This document shows positions 1 through 11,940 of a DNA stretch of 64,000 bases, piece after piece (the first letter of the stretch is position 1; each line of letters begins with the position of its first letter). The stretch lies in NCBI RefSeq assembly GCF_009914755.1, contig NC_060944.1. One strand, given 5' to 3'. Both the position numbers and the translations under genes were made by a program. The stretch is from the human T2T-CHM13v2.0 reference genome, Homo sapiens. The notes under the pieces were generated by a model, which saw only the letters and a program-made list of their open reading frames with translations, searched no databases and was not told where the DNA came from.

Positions 1-671
1 CCCAGCCCTGCCGGGGTCATCGTGGCTGCCGGGCTCACGGCAGGGCTCTGCGGTGACCAGGCTCCGCGTGGGCTTTGCACGCCTCCCCACACAGGAGCCG
101 CTTTGTCCCAGGCTTGCCGTGGGCACTGAGGGGCCCTAGTGAAAGATCCCTGAACTGCTGAACAAAGCAGGCCAGTTACAAAACACTTTTCCATCGCTGG
201 GTTCCTTTCCCTGCTTCCTGAGCTTTGGAGGGTGGGTCTCTCTGTTCATTCCTCCCCCGCCTGTTTCTCACGCATTGGTGCACCCAGCTTCTGCGTAGAG
301 CCTTTTCAAAGCACATCCATGGCCCCTCTGCCAGAGGCACAACTGGCAAAACCTGGGCCACTGGTCCACACTCCTCCAGGGAGCCATGGCAGGGGATACA
401 CTCACTGGAGTTCTCAGCAGCCCCCGGCGAGGACATCATCTCCCTCATGCAGATACACATCCTGAGGTCCCCTGGAGGAAGCGGGGGGAGGGAGCCTTGG
501 GCAGTGCTCTGGGGCTACGTCCACTCATCTATCCCATGGAAGAAGCAGGGCATGAGGGTGAGGAAGCCCATCTCCAAAGATCAGAGTAGCCCATTTTTCT
601 CCTAGACAAATAGATTTTTAAAATTTGAACCATGTCCTACAAGAAATCAAGGCAATTAAATTCATAAACAA

Positions 672-1023
<352 letters not shown>

Positions 1024-2039
1024 CTAACTCATCATCCTCAGCACAGCCTTTGAAGGGAGGAACTGTGACTGTCTCATTCTATAGATGGGGACATGAAGGC
1101 ACAAGGCAGCAAGTAACTTGCCTGAGGTCAGAGTCAGTGATGGAGCTGACACTCAAGACACAAAAGAGTCATGAAATCTGACTTTTGTTTGTATAAAAAG
1201 GCAACATGAATCTCTGGAGTTAGAAGGCAGGATGGTGGTCACTTTTGTAGAAGGGAAAGGGACATCTGGGGGCTTCTGGGGTGCCAACAAGACTGTCATA
1301 ATCCAGGTGGCAATTCTGTGGGTGGCCCGCTTGTGAAATATACAGAATGCACTGATTTCTGAATGTGCACATAATTAAGCACTTTACATGAAGAACAGGG
1401 CAGAAGTAGATTTAAGAATAAGCAGACTGATTTGTGCCCTCCCTGCACACATCAATATACTCTCTCTCACACACACAAGCTGCTATCCTCACAAGTCACT
1501 GCAGGGGCTGCAGCCATCACCGAGACCACATCCTTTCTTTTCTGGACGTTTCCAGAACGGGGTAAAACATCTCCTTTGAGTCCCAGGCCACACCCCTGCC
1601 CCCATGTTCTCTCATCTGTGGCTGAGTCTCTGGGCAGCTGTAGTAAGCTCTCTACTTCAAAACCTGTGGTGGGTTTGGTGGTGAGATGGCCCGATGACCT
1701 CTGCACCCCCAGTTCAGCTGTGGAGTCAGCACAGCTCCTAGAATGCACCACAGAGCGCTAGTAAAAGTCACCTCTGAGTCCACTTTCCCCAGCGCCTCTC
1801 CCGCTTGCTTGCGTCCTGAGTGGTACAAAGTGCAGCCGCCCCTCATTTTATGCAAGGGAAGCTGAGAATTACCTGTGTATCGATCACATTTGGGCAATTC
1901 CGGTTGCATTTTAAGTAACCGCGCTCATGACAGGGCCTGCGGGGCACACTCCCTGTGAAATGCACCGCCTTCCATCACGCTCCTGTCACGGGATTCGTTT
2001 TCAATTCACACATCCCCCTTTTTTCAACCCTTGACTCCC

Positions 2040-2520
2040 TATAGTCCATTTCGCAAAGGCAGCCAGAGTGATCTTCTCAAACAGTAAATCAAACCACGCT
2101 GCACTGCTGCTGAAAGCCTGCGGGAGCAAGCCCACGTCTCCGAGTTCACGGCCTCCGCCACCTGCGTTCCCTCTCCCTGAAACACTCTTCCCTCAGACCT
2201 CCCCAGGTCTGCGTCCATCCCCAAAGGCCGCCTCTTCAGAGTGGCCTTTCTGTACACTCATCTGCAGGGGCCAACCTCACCCCCAAACCAGGCAGCCACC
2301 CTCTCGCTCCTAACCCCGTGGAATTTTCCCTGTGGCTTTCATTGCTGTCTGAATTTCGCTTGCTTACTTACTGCCTTCCATGCTAATGTCTATCTCGCTT
2401 ACCTACTAAACAATCACCGTGAGAGCAAAGATTTCATTTCATTTGTTCACTTAGTGGATCCCTAAGTCCCAGAACAGTGTCCAGCACAGAGTAGACAGCC
2501 AGAAAATACTAGTGGGTGAG
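2040..2520 (+). mobile_element. L2 3' fragment
   Basis: Resembles the L2 3' end (tcaaaccacgctgcactgctgctgaaagcc ... cccagaacagtgtccagcacagagtag). Confidence 0.6.
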
Positions 2521-2655
2521 AGGGAAGGAGGGTCAAGGACAGAGAAGTCAAGGGTCAAGGACACAGAGGAAGGGAGAGAGGGAAGAAGGAAGGGTTAAGG
2601 ACAGGGAGGGTTGGGGAGGACAGAGGAATAGGGGAGAAAGGTAGGGAAGAATGAG
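2520..2655 (+). repeat. Purine-rich (GA) low-complexity tract with agggtcaaggaca repeats
   Basis: Seen directly. Confidence 0.75.
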
Positions 2656-3508
2656 GTCCCAGAAGCAGCTACTGCTAGGAGCTGCTGGTGTTCCCCAGGT
2701 ACAATTTGGGGCCTTAGAACAAGGGACTAGTCACGGAAGGGGGATGACAGCAGAGAGAACGCAAGTGACGGTGTATGAACCATATGTTTCTGAAGAGCTG
2801 TAAGAAAGTGCCTGAATTGGGGTGGGTGGAGAAACACGGGGCTCAGGGGAGTGCATGCCTTGGGCCCTGGAATATTACTTATTTTGCTTTTCCAAAGAGA
2901 CTTCTTGAAAACGTCTCAAGTACTCGGAGTGGAGAAAGCAGAAGGAGCGCCTTGGTGTTCCAAGAACAAACGGGGCCAAGCCAGCCGGCGTCTGTGTGCA
3001 GGAATGCAGGCGGGAAGGGCTGAGATAAAGCACAGATGCCCCATGAGGGAGCGGGGTGGAATGCCCAGACGCGACGCTGGGATCACTGGCCAAGGTGCAG
3101 GAAACGATAACTCAGAGCCGGGGGCTTCCCTGGACCCCAGGGCAGGGGCGGGATCAGCTTCAAAGATGGTTTGTTTGCACTTGTGCGGGGGAGGGAGGAC
3201 CTGTGTGTCCACTGGTGACTGCTTCCTTTTCCAGCCACAGAACCTTCCCTCAACCCTCAAAACGCATAAGCCCAGCTCTTACAAAGTTTCCAAGGAAAGC
3301 CCACTTTGGCAAAATCCCAAGGGAAATAAATGACAGACCAGAAATGCCCACGCACAGGCAGCACAGCACGCTGGGGTTTAGCACGGGCCCCGTGCAGCCA
3401 AATATGTGCCGTGTGCGACAGACTCCCTTGAAATCATAAACGAAAGGGACAGAAAATGACCTAAAGACCAAGGAAGTTGCCCCACCAGACACCAAAGGAA
3501 TGACCCAG

Positions 3509-3518
3509 GGGATTTTCC
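3509..3518 (+). promoter_or_regulatory. NF-kB consensus site GGGATTTTCC (motif match only)
   Basis: Exact GGGRNNYYCC match; no functional evidence. Confidence 0.3.
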
Positions 3519-5469
3519 AGTTTACTTGTCAGAAATAACACAACACAGCAAACCAAGACGTCCAAATCTCATATCTCTAGAGCTGATGGTGGCATATCTG
3601 GAATGTTCCACGGATGCACGGGCTACACAGACTAGCTAGGAGACGGGCTAGGAGAATTTGAAATTGCAGCAGTTCAGAGACAAAACTGCACCCACATCTT
3701 GGTGGCTACGGTGGAGATGCAGTCTGGGGCTTGCCACTGGGCACGAGCCACCAGGGGACCTGCCCATTGGAGGGTCCTGGGGTGGGCAGAGCCTTGGAGA
3801 CAAGGCCGGTGGAGCACTGAACATAACTAGTGGCACTTGCTGCCTTTTGGAGGCCACGTGGGTGGAAACCATTCCACTGCCCCATCCAGCTCTGGCCTCA
3901 GGAATGTGCAGCCCCCAAATTGAGAAGCCGGACTATGGCACAGGGGACAGGGCAGTGCTGCGCTTCAGAGCTCTTGAGCTTCCTTTATGTTATTTCTGCC
4001 AAGTATCAGGAAAAGAGCTTCTAGGCCAGCTGTGTAGCACGACTCCCGGGCCTCCATTCTTGCAGAACACAGTACAATCCAGTGTGGACATCACCACCTG
4101 GAGCGTGCGATGCGCTCTCCTTTGTGCTACACCCCTGCATTTTAGAGACTTATAATGTCCGCTAGCAGGATAAAGACTCTCAGAAGTCCTGCAACAAATA
4201 ATTAAACAAAAGCAAAAACAAAAAACTTGGTTTAACCTAGTTTTTTCATCTTTTAAAGCCATGGAACCCTCCTTCAGAAAATAGCTCCTAACATCCCATG
4301 GGCTGGGGTCATACAGCATGTACCTAAATTTCACCTCGCTCAGTTCTCTGAGACATCCTTAGAGCTGACTCAGGTTTGGACCTAGCGGGACTCCCCCTCA
4401 CCACGACTTTGAACCTGCCTGCGTTGAGAAAGGGCCTCAGGAGGCCCAAAAGGGTCTCGGTGCTCAGCTGCTTTCTCTGTAACATAAGCTTCTTTGGAAA
4501 CGGCAAGGACATCTATGGATCCGGGGCTGCCATAGCCAGTCATGACCACCTCGGGCCACTTGGACACGGGTGCCCCAATATCCAAGGCACTCACCATTTG
4601 CCTTTAACAAGGGATGGACAGGGTAGGAGAGGCCAGTGTGTTTCTCGCTCTGGAGACCAGACCAGCCCTAGGTGCAGAGTCAGCTGGGGAAAATTATCCA
4701 GCCCTGCACAGACACTCATTTATTTATAGAGCACCTCTTCTCCAATACAATCGATCCCCCAGGGCCTCACGTGGAGAGGGATCTGGTTACGACCATGCTT
4801 CATTGATCCACCACGTTCTGCCTTAGTTAATTCTCTACACGATTGCCCCCTTGAAAATAAGCACCAAAACCTTATCTTCACCATTGTGAATGTAAATTGT
4901 TCAAGGATGGATTGTATGCAGGTGTCCGTTTCAAAACAGAGCACCATGACTTTAACTCAACCTGTGCTTGATTATTCAGGATCAAACGGATCAATTATTA
5001 ACAGAGCAATACCTAGAGGTCAGCCTTGTAAGGCACGTGGGGCAGGATGACCCTACAAGAAGTGGCCCCAGAGGTCTTTGCTTGGTGAATTCAGGGGACG
5101 TTTTTGATCGACTGTCTCCCTAGGGATTGGGTATGGAGAATACCAGAAGTCACAGAGCCCCCAGATAACCTGGCTTGTCAAGACGTTTTGTAGAGTAAAG
5201 GTCAACAGCCTCTGACTATGCAGCAGAGGATATTTCTGGCACTGCGGTATATGAAATTTAGTACCCAGTCTTGATGGTAACTATTGTGGCTGTTTCAAAG
5301 CTTTCGCTTTACTTCCTACCCCTTGGCTGGGCTCCTGAGAGTTAATTTTCTGAAATAATTGAGGTTTCAGGGTATATCAGACGCTACTGCCTATAAAATA
5401 CAGGACTGGAACTGGGAATGACAGCCAGCAATTTAGGTTTTTCCTTCTTCTATTAAGAAAAAACTCCAG

Positions 5470-5665
5470 TCGCTTAACTGTACATTTTTAAATAATGTAA
5501 ACAGTGTCATGGGCTTTGCAACTCGATGGATAAACGCTTGAGGGGATGGATACCCCATTCTCTATATGTGCTTATTTCACTTTGCATGCCTGTCTCCAAA
5601 CATCTCATGTACCCCACAAATATATATACCTGCTCTATATCCACAAAAAATTTTAAAAGAAAAAT
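5470..5665 (+). mobile_element. L1MA-type 3' end fragment
   Basis: ggggatggataccccatt...catctcatgtaccccacaaatatatatacc followed by an A-rich tail. Confidence 0.8.
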
Positions 5666-6542
5666 GAAGGTAAAGAAAGTCCAACAGCCTATTTTTCTGT
5701 CTGGAGCCCCCAAGGCAAGGCTGCTCTGCTCATCCCACCCTCTCCGACCTCCCAATGCACCTTGCGGCTCCCAGGTGAGTCTTAGCAATGCGGTTTGTCC
5801 TTCCTCCCTGAGATCCTGGACCAACACCTCATCACAGCTTCTCCACAAGACTACCCTCTGGGCAGACCCCTTGCCCACAAACGGGCACCTACAGACTCAC
5901 ACAAAGCCTCCTCTGCATCTTTTCCTTGGCCCAAACCACCCATCAGCTGGGCTCACCACAGCGGAAGCCCACTGCTTCCTTCCCATCAATGCGCATCTCT
6001 GTTCCACGAGCACAGGGTAGAGAAGTGCCTGCAGCCTGCCTGCAAGCTGTTCTGATAAAGCCACTTTTCAACGAGCTTTCTTCTTCCTTTTCCTCCCTCT
6101 CCCTCCCTCAAATATACAAAAGAGGGCTATAAAATGGGATTTTTTTTCTGTACAGGAATGAAAGGAGGTTAGCTTTCCTTCCTATTTTCTTGGCCTCAGT
6201 CTAAATCTGGCAATTGGAAAGAGTGTGGAAGCAGTTAAATGGACCCAGTTCATGACCCAGGGGATGCCGGGTTGCCCTCATTTGCTTTTTCTATGGGGGC
6301 GATTCTGGAGGGGGGCATCTGAAATTGTTACTGCTTCCCCTCTGCAACTACTGCTGGGAGGTAATTCTTGCACAGAGCTAGGGGTGGCTTTCAGGGTCAT
6401 ATTATTCAACCTCCTTAAATTAAAATGGGGACACTGAGGCCCAAAGAGATTACGGAATCCGTAGGCCATGCAGTGAACTTCCTGGGCAGAGATGCTTCAG
6501 GGCACCATCCTTACAGGCAGTGACAAAACTCAAGCGTCTTAC

Positions 6543-7232
6543 CATCATCCAAGTAGGTCTGGTCCAAGTTCTGCTCCTGTTTAATGGTCACCCCCGCAGG
6601 TAATACTTCCTTTTGGTCACTGACCGGGGGTCCGTTTTTGGCGGCTCTTTGGCTCGTGGCATTCTGCTGCTGAATGACTGTGGGGTAGGAACCCGGGCTC
6701 AGCCTCTGACCTTGACTGACCGGGGGCGGGCCAGGTCTGGTGGTGCCTGGTGCGAAATTCTCGCAGTACATGATGTGCTGGAACTCCTGGTGGCTTCCGC
6801 AGCGCAGCTGCTGGTTGGTGGGTGAGTAGTGGATCACAGGCGAGGCCTGCTGGTTGGTCGGAGAGGGGTGGAGCAGGGCTGAGCTCTGGCCCTGGGAGCC
6901 GGCGTGCACCAGCACAGAGCGGTGAGCGTCCGCAAGGGACAGCGGGGCGGCCATGAGGGCCGGCTGCTGATAGCCCAGCAGGCTGGGGCTCAGGCTCTTG
7001 CTCCGCTGGTAGAGTACGGCCGCTGGGTTCTGTTGCTGGTAGCGGGCGTCAGGGGATGAGAGCCCCGTGCGGAACTGCTGGCAGGGAGCCATGGTGGCCA
7101 CGAGGCAGGAGGGGGACTCGGCCACCATCGGGTGCTGGGGGTAGTAAGGCTGGCTCCCCAGGCCTCCATGGGTGGGGCTGCAGATCAGAGTGGGGTCATA
7201 TTCATCCGTGGGCTCCGTCTTGATGGCTGGGA
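6543..7232 (-). CDS. NFATC2: NFATC2 coding exon (exon 9, 690 nt): (V)PAIKTEPTDEYD...TIKQEQNLDQTYLDD, Q/P/S-rich C-terminal transactivation region with two psi-KxE SUMO motifs (IKTE, IKQE)
   Basis: Core of ORF 6511..7335; acceptor ttttctcctcccag|TC, donor GATG|gtaaga; phase 1-1. Confidence 0.97.
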
Positions 7233-7854
7233 CTGGGAGGAGAAAAGAGCACATAGGGGCGCCCATGGCAGTGAGCCACGGATGTGCACGGAGGATTCGT
7301 GGATGGTGCTTGAGAACATGGCCTTGGGAGTCCATACGGGTGGGACAAACAGCTGGTCCCTGTCACTTATCAGCCTTGGGCAAAAGGCTCCCCATGCAAT
7401 TGTCTTAGGTAGGAAATTTTACCCTGGCCATGAACATCTTGAATTATAGATTTTTCCAATATTGGAAAGGTGGCTGGTAGGTCTGACTCAGCCCTGGAAT
7501 GTTTACAGCCTATCTCTCCAGGTGACAGCTCAGAGGAGAATGCTTGATTTCAGATGATGCCTCCCCCTCTTTCTATCCCAGCAGCTCCTGTCTCCGCTTG
7601 CTTTCCTTTCTACTGCTTATCCCCGTCAGAAATGTCATAGATGCTTTACATGCTGATTTATTACCTAAATACGCCCTGCCTCCAAATGTCAGCTCCTCAA
7701 AGAGAGGACTTTTGTCTGGTTTTTGATCCTCATGACCCAAAACAGCACCTGGTACTTAATGGGCACTCAGATATTTTCTAGACAAAGGAATCAGCAAAGT
7801 GACTGTTTCCTTCCTCCATTCTGTAGTGCTTTGGGGGAATAAGCACTACTGTCT

Positions 7855-8000
7855 CAAGCCTCAGTTTCCCCATCTGTTACCTGGCAGGAACAATCATACC
7901 TACCCCCACGAGATCACTGGGAGGATTAAATGTGTGTGCAAAGCACTGAGTACAGTGGCTGGCATACAGTAAGTGCTCAATGCTTGCTGTCACTGCTATT
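7855..8000 (+). mobile_element. MIR
   Basis: cctcagtttccccatctg core ... ggcatacagtaagtgctcaa tail. Confidence 0.8.
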
Positions 8001-8188
8001 CTCTTACTATGATCATCCATCATGACTACCACTTGTGTTGTCGCTGTGGCCATTCCTTTCTCCCTGCCCAGCACCAGTCACTGAAATCACTCCTTCCCCA
8101 ACATCCATACTAAAGCATTACCAATCCCAGGAGTTGAGGAATCAGTTTTCTTTTTACTGGAGTGAGTCAGTGACAGGACTGTGACCAA

Positions 8189-8233
8189 GTGTGTGTGCAT
8201 GTGTGTGTGCGCATGCGTGTGTGTTCATGCATG

Positions 8234-8265
<32 letters not shown>
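8189..8265. repeat. (TG)n/(TGCA) microsatellite
   Basis: Seen directly. Confidence 0.95.
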
Positions 8266-8267
<2 letters not shown>

Positions 8268-8651
8268 GTGGTGGGGGACCTCCAAGTATTGGGGTTTGGA
8301 GGAGATAAGGAGACTAGGCAAGGCTGTCTCTAACCACAGAAATTGTCCCTCGAGGTGCCATTCAAAGGCCATCACCTCACTCCCTGGCCCAACTGGGAGA
8401 CTGAGAGCTCACTCCAGCCACACTCAACCAGACAAGAGCCAAGGCCGGGCCACAAATGAGAGGCAAGAGCACCATGAAACATATCTGAGAGCATGTCTGC
8501 TCAAAGGGATTCCTGAGCTGCAGTCTAGAGCCCCCCCAGCAATCTCCCACAGTTTTGGGTCCTGGTGACCTGAACCCTGCCCTGATAGAGTGTCATGTCT
8601 GTCCCAAGACAGCAGTGTCCTCACAAGGGTCAACACAAAACTGTGGGCACA

Positions 8652-8748
8652 AGTCAAGCTCACCAAGGCAAGGCTGCCAGGGCAGTCAAGCTCACCAAGG
8701 CAAGGCTGCCAGGGCAGTCAAGCTCACCAAGGCAAGGCTGCCAGGGCA
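8652..8748. repeat. Perfect 3 x 32-bp tandem repeat (agtcaagctcaccaaggcaaggctgccagggc)
   Basis: Three identical units at 8652, 8684 and 8716. Confidence 0.95.
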
Positions 8749-9665
8749 CCCCTCAGTATAATGCTTCTAGAAGCCCAGAGGCTCCCTGAGAAACTGTCAT
8801 AGGATGCAAATTATACCCTGGGTGATTGTCTCGAATTATAGGTTTCCAATCTTGGAAGGTAGCTAGCAGGCGTTTCTCAGCCTGGGAAGCCTATAGCCTA
8901 TTTCCCAAGGGAGAGCTCAGAGAAGCATTTTTAAAATTTAAAATTATGCTTCCCCTGGCTGTTCCTGTCCACCTTTTCTACAGCCCCAATCGTAATCCAA
9001 CATATCAATAATATCAACATTATCTATGACCTAATCCCCTCTGTTAGAATGGCAGTTCCACATGGACAGGGATTCTTACCCTGTAGTGTTCACAGCTGTG
9101 TCCACAAGCCAAGAACAGTGCCTGACACTCAGATATTTTCTGGACAAATGAATGCATGAAAAAATGGTACTCATCACCTTTCTTGGGGCTGTACTTTGTG
9201 GGAATGAGACCTCCTGACCCGGTTATCCACCAGTCACTCCATTAGGCCATGGGGTGATGACTCACATGGGGGGGTCACATAAAGATTCTGCAGGTTTTAG
9301 GGCACAGCCCCTCTATCATGATCAAATCCAAGCCAGGGACAGGAGTCATCCACTTACCACCCTTCTGCTGAACATGCGTACACACACCCTTCTTCTATTC
9401 CCCCTTCCCCTAAAGGAAGGTACTAAGGCAATAAGAGCTAATATCACTGACATCAGCTTACTTTGCACTGTGCTAAGGATTTATGTGCATTTAATTTCCG
9501 GAACCCTTATAAGGAAGATGCTGTCTCACAGATGATGCAACTGAGGCTCAGAGAGGTTGAGTCATCTGTCCAAAGTTACCCGGCTAGGAGCAGACTTCAG
9601 GAGTCCTGAGCCCTGTGCCTGTACTGCCTCTCAATAACAAAGGGGTCATCAGAAACACTCCTTAC

Positions 9666-9792
9666 CTGGGTGGTAGGTAAAGTGCTGAGGCTGACTTCGT
9701 TTTCTCTTCCCATTGATGACGTAGAAGTTCACTTTTACAGGTGTGCGGATATGCTTGTTCCGATATTCAGGGATCTCAACAAAAAGCATGTT
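9666..9792 (-). CDS. NFATC2: NFATC2 coding exon (exon 8, 127 nt): NMLFVEIPEYRNKHIRTPVKVNFYVINGKRKRSQPQHFTYHP(V), includes the KRKR NLS
   Basis: Read manually. Acceptor ccttccttatag|AAC, donor CCAG|gtaagg; phase 0-1. Confidence 0.96.
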
Positions 9793-10183
9793 CTATAAGG
9801 AAGGAGTTGTCATGAACTTAACTGCAATCATGTCTCAGTTCCTACCCAGACCCTAAGCGCATCCAGGCAGCCCACTGTCTAATGGGTGTTTTGATGTGCC
9901 TTTCATCGGTTTACAGGGGAAGTTCAATTTCAGGGGAATTTAACTTGTCAGCGGCAGCAAAAAATAATACTCCATCAAAATATAATAAGGTGTCACAGTT
10001 GCAAATCAGAGAGTGTGGTGCCCAATAAATGTTGAACTCACTCATTAATATGCACATATTGAGTACCTGTTAGGTCCAGAGCTCTGGGGGACACTGATGA
10101 AGGAAGGAGGGAAAGAAGGAAAGAGCATGAAAGAGGGAAACGTGAGGGGGATTGAGAGACACTCAGGTGCGTCACGTGCTTAC

Positions 10184-10239
10184 GGGCTGGCTCTTGTCCT
10201 TATCCACCGTGGCTTCCATCTCCCAAATTTGCTGTCCAT
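10184..10239 (-). CDS. NFATC2: NFATC2 coding exon (exon 7, 56 nt): (D)GQQIWEMEATVDKDKSQP
   Basis: Too short for the ORF track; read manually. Acceptor tttttctag|ATGG, donor CCC|gtaagc; phase 1-0. Confidence 0.96.
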
Positions 10240-10456
10240 CTAGAAAAATTCAAAAATGACAGACTTTGAAGGAACTATTAGAAACCAAAGATTTAAGACA
10301 AAAACTCACCAACTTCTGTTTATCTTAGCTTGTATATTATGTCATTTCAGTAAGGTGTGTGTCAATATGTGCACGTGTGTGTACATATGTATTTATACAT
10401 ATAAATATTTCCTTTTTCCAAAAGGAGACATGGTGTCAATAGAAAACAAGGCAACA

Positions 10457-10757
10457 TTGTCCTAAGCAAATTAAGGCAGGAACAGAAAACTCAACGCCAC
10501 ATGTTCTCATTTATAAGTGGGAGCTAAGCATGGGGTATACACGGACATGAAGATGGGAACAGCAGATACTGAGGACTAATGTAGGTGGGAGACAGGGACC
10601 AGGGATCTACCAATTGGGTACTATGCTCACTGCCTGACTGACAGGCTCATTCATACCCGAACCTCAGTGTCATGTAATATACCCATGTAACAAACCACAT
10701 GTACTTCCCAAATCTAAAAGTTGAAGTTATATTTTAAAAAATTAAAAAATAAAATAA
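10457..10757 (+). mobile_element. L1 (L1PB-like) 5'-truncated 3' end
   Basis: catgttctcatttataagtgggagctaag ... tacccatgtaacaaac; TSD agaaaacarggcaaca at 10441 and 10776. Confidence 0.85.
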
Positions 10758-10905
10758 TGTTGACAGCCAGAAGAAAGAAAACAGGGCAACAACAGAAAAT
10801 AAGAAAAAAAATAGAAACTGTCCAGAATCCTCCCATCATTTTTTCCCTGTATCTGAATGTCTATCTTTCTATTTTTTTTTTTTTTTTTTAAAAGGCATTA
10901 TTAAG

Positions 10906-11240
10906 GGCTGGGCATGGTGGCTTATGCCTGTAATCCAAGCCCTTTGGGAGGCCAAGGCAGATGGATCACTTGAGGCTAGGAGTTCGAGACCAGCCTGGCC
11001 AGCATGGTGAAACCCCGTCTCTACTAAAAATAAAAATACAAAAATTAGCCAGGTGTGGTTGCAGGTGCCTGTAATCCCAGCTACTTGGGAGGCTGAGGCA
11101 TGAGAATTGCCTGAACCCAGGAGGCGGACGTTACAGCAAACCAAGATTACACCACTGCACTCCAGACTGGGCGACAGAGTGAGACTTTGTCTCAAAACAA
11201 ACAAACAAACAAATAAATAAGTAAATAAATAAGTAAATAA
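10906..11240 (+). mobile_element. Alu (AluS-type) with (CAAA)(TAAA)n tail
   Basis: Full dimer; TSD ttttaaaargcattrt. Confidence 0.95.
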
Positions 11241-11682
11241 TTTTAAAAAGCATTGTTATATGTTACACTTTATCCTACGCCAAAGCTGTTAGAGAAGCGC
11301 CATGACAGGTCCCTGACTGTCCCAGACACGCCTCCTTGGTGGTCTGAGAACACAGGCTTAAAGATGCGGCCCCAAGTCATGAGGGAAGCCAGTGACTTCA
11401 GTGGTATCCTGGCTCACAAGTCACTGAAGAGCAGAAAGACAGGGGCTCACCCTCCACCTTTCCTCAGCAGACAGCCTGGATCTCATGTCACTCATAACTA
11501 CTGATGAAGAGGTTTTGCTCAGTAAACTCTCCTGTCCAGAAGCAGAACACTACTCCCCCAGTTTGGGGCCAAGAAGTTGGGCCAAAAAAAAAAAAAAAAC
11601 CCTGCATTTGCAAATAATTGATTTCTCTTGCTGACCACCTATACTGGTCATTGGTAGTTTTCAGCTGAAACAAATAATTTCA

Positions 11683-11940
11683 ACAAGTATTTCCAGGGTG
11701 TTTTGTGGAACACTGGTTCTGAAGGATATTAAATAGTTTTATGAGAAGGGGGAAAAATCTACATGCTAATGAGCATTTGGAAACTGCTGAGTCAAAGTCA
11801 AATGGCTTTCTTCACTGCAGGACTTCTCAGAAGCTTTAACATGCTGCTGTGCAGAGTAACTCTGCGAGGTGGGCTGGAGTACATAGCACTTCCCAAGGTT
11901 TGACCAATGAACCCCTCCCTACTTTTAAGCACAGCTATTC
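11683..11940. mobile_element. MER103-like hAT DNA transposon remnant
   Basis: ctttcttcactgcaggacttctcagaagctttaacatgct resembles the recalled MER103C consensus. Confidence 0.6.

Noticed and set aside
3749-3761. CTCF-like CCACCAGGGGAC
   Set aside because: It mismatches the core, and a lone motif is insufficient.
6511-7335. 274-aa ORF as a stand-alone gene
   Set aside because: It is exon 9 plus intronic read-through at both ends (MDSQGH...LLP and GKTLEFCHCL). I saw no nearby poly(A) signal supporting a terminal-exon isoform.
8652-8748. 32-bp repeats as a CRISPR-like array
   Set aside because: The units are directly adjacent with no spacers, and the context is a eukaryotic intron.
10172-10183. 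Intron 7 retention isoform ending QPVST-stop
   Set aside because: Possible because the intron is short, but no minus-strand poly(A) signal was seen in it and nothing else in the sequence supports it.
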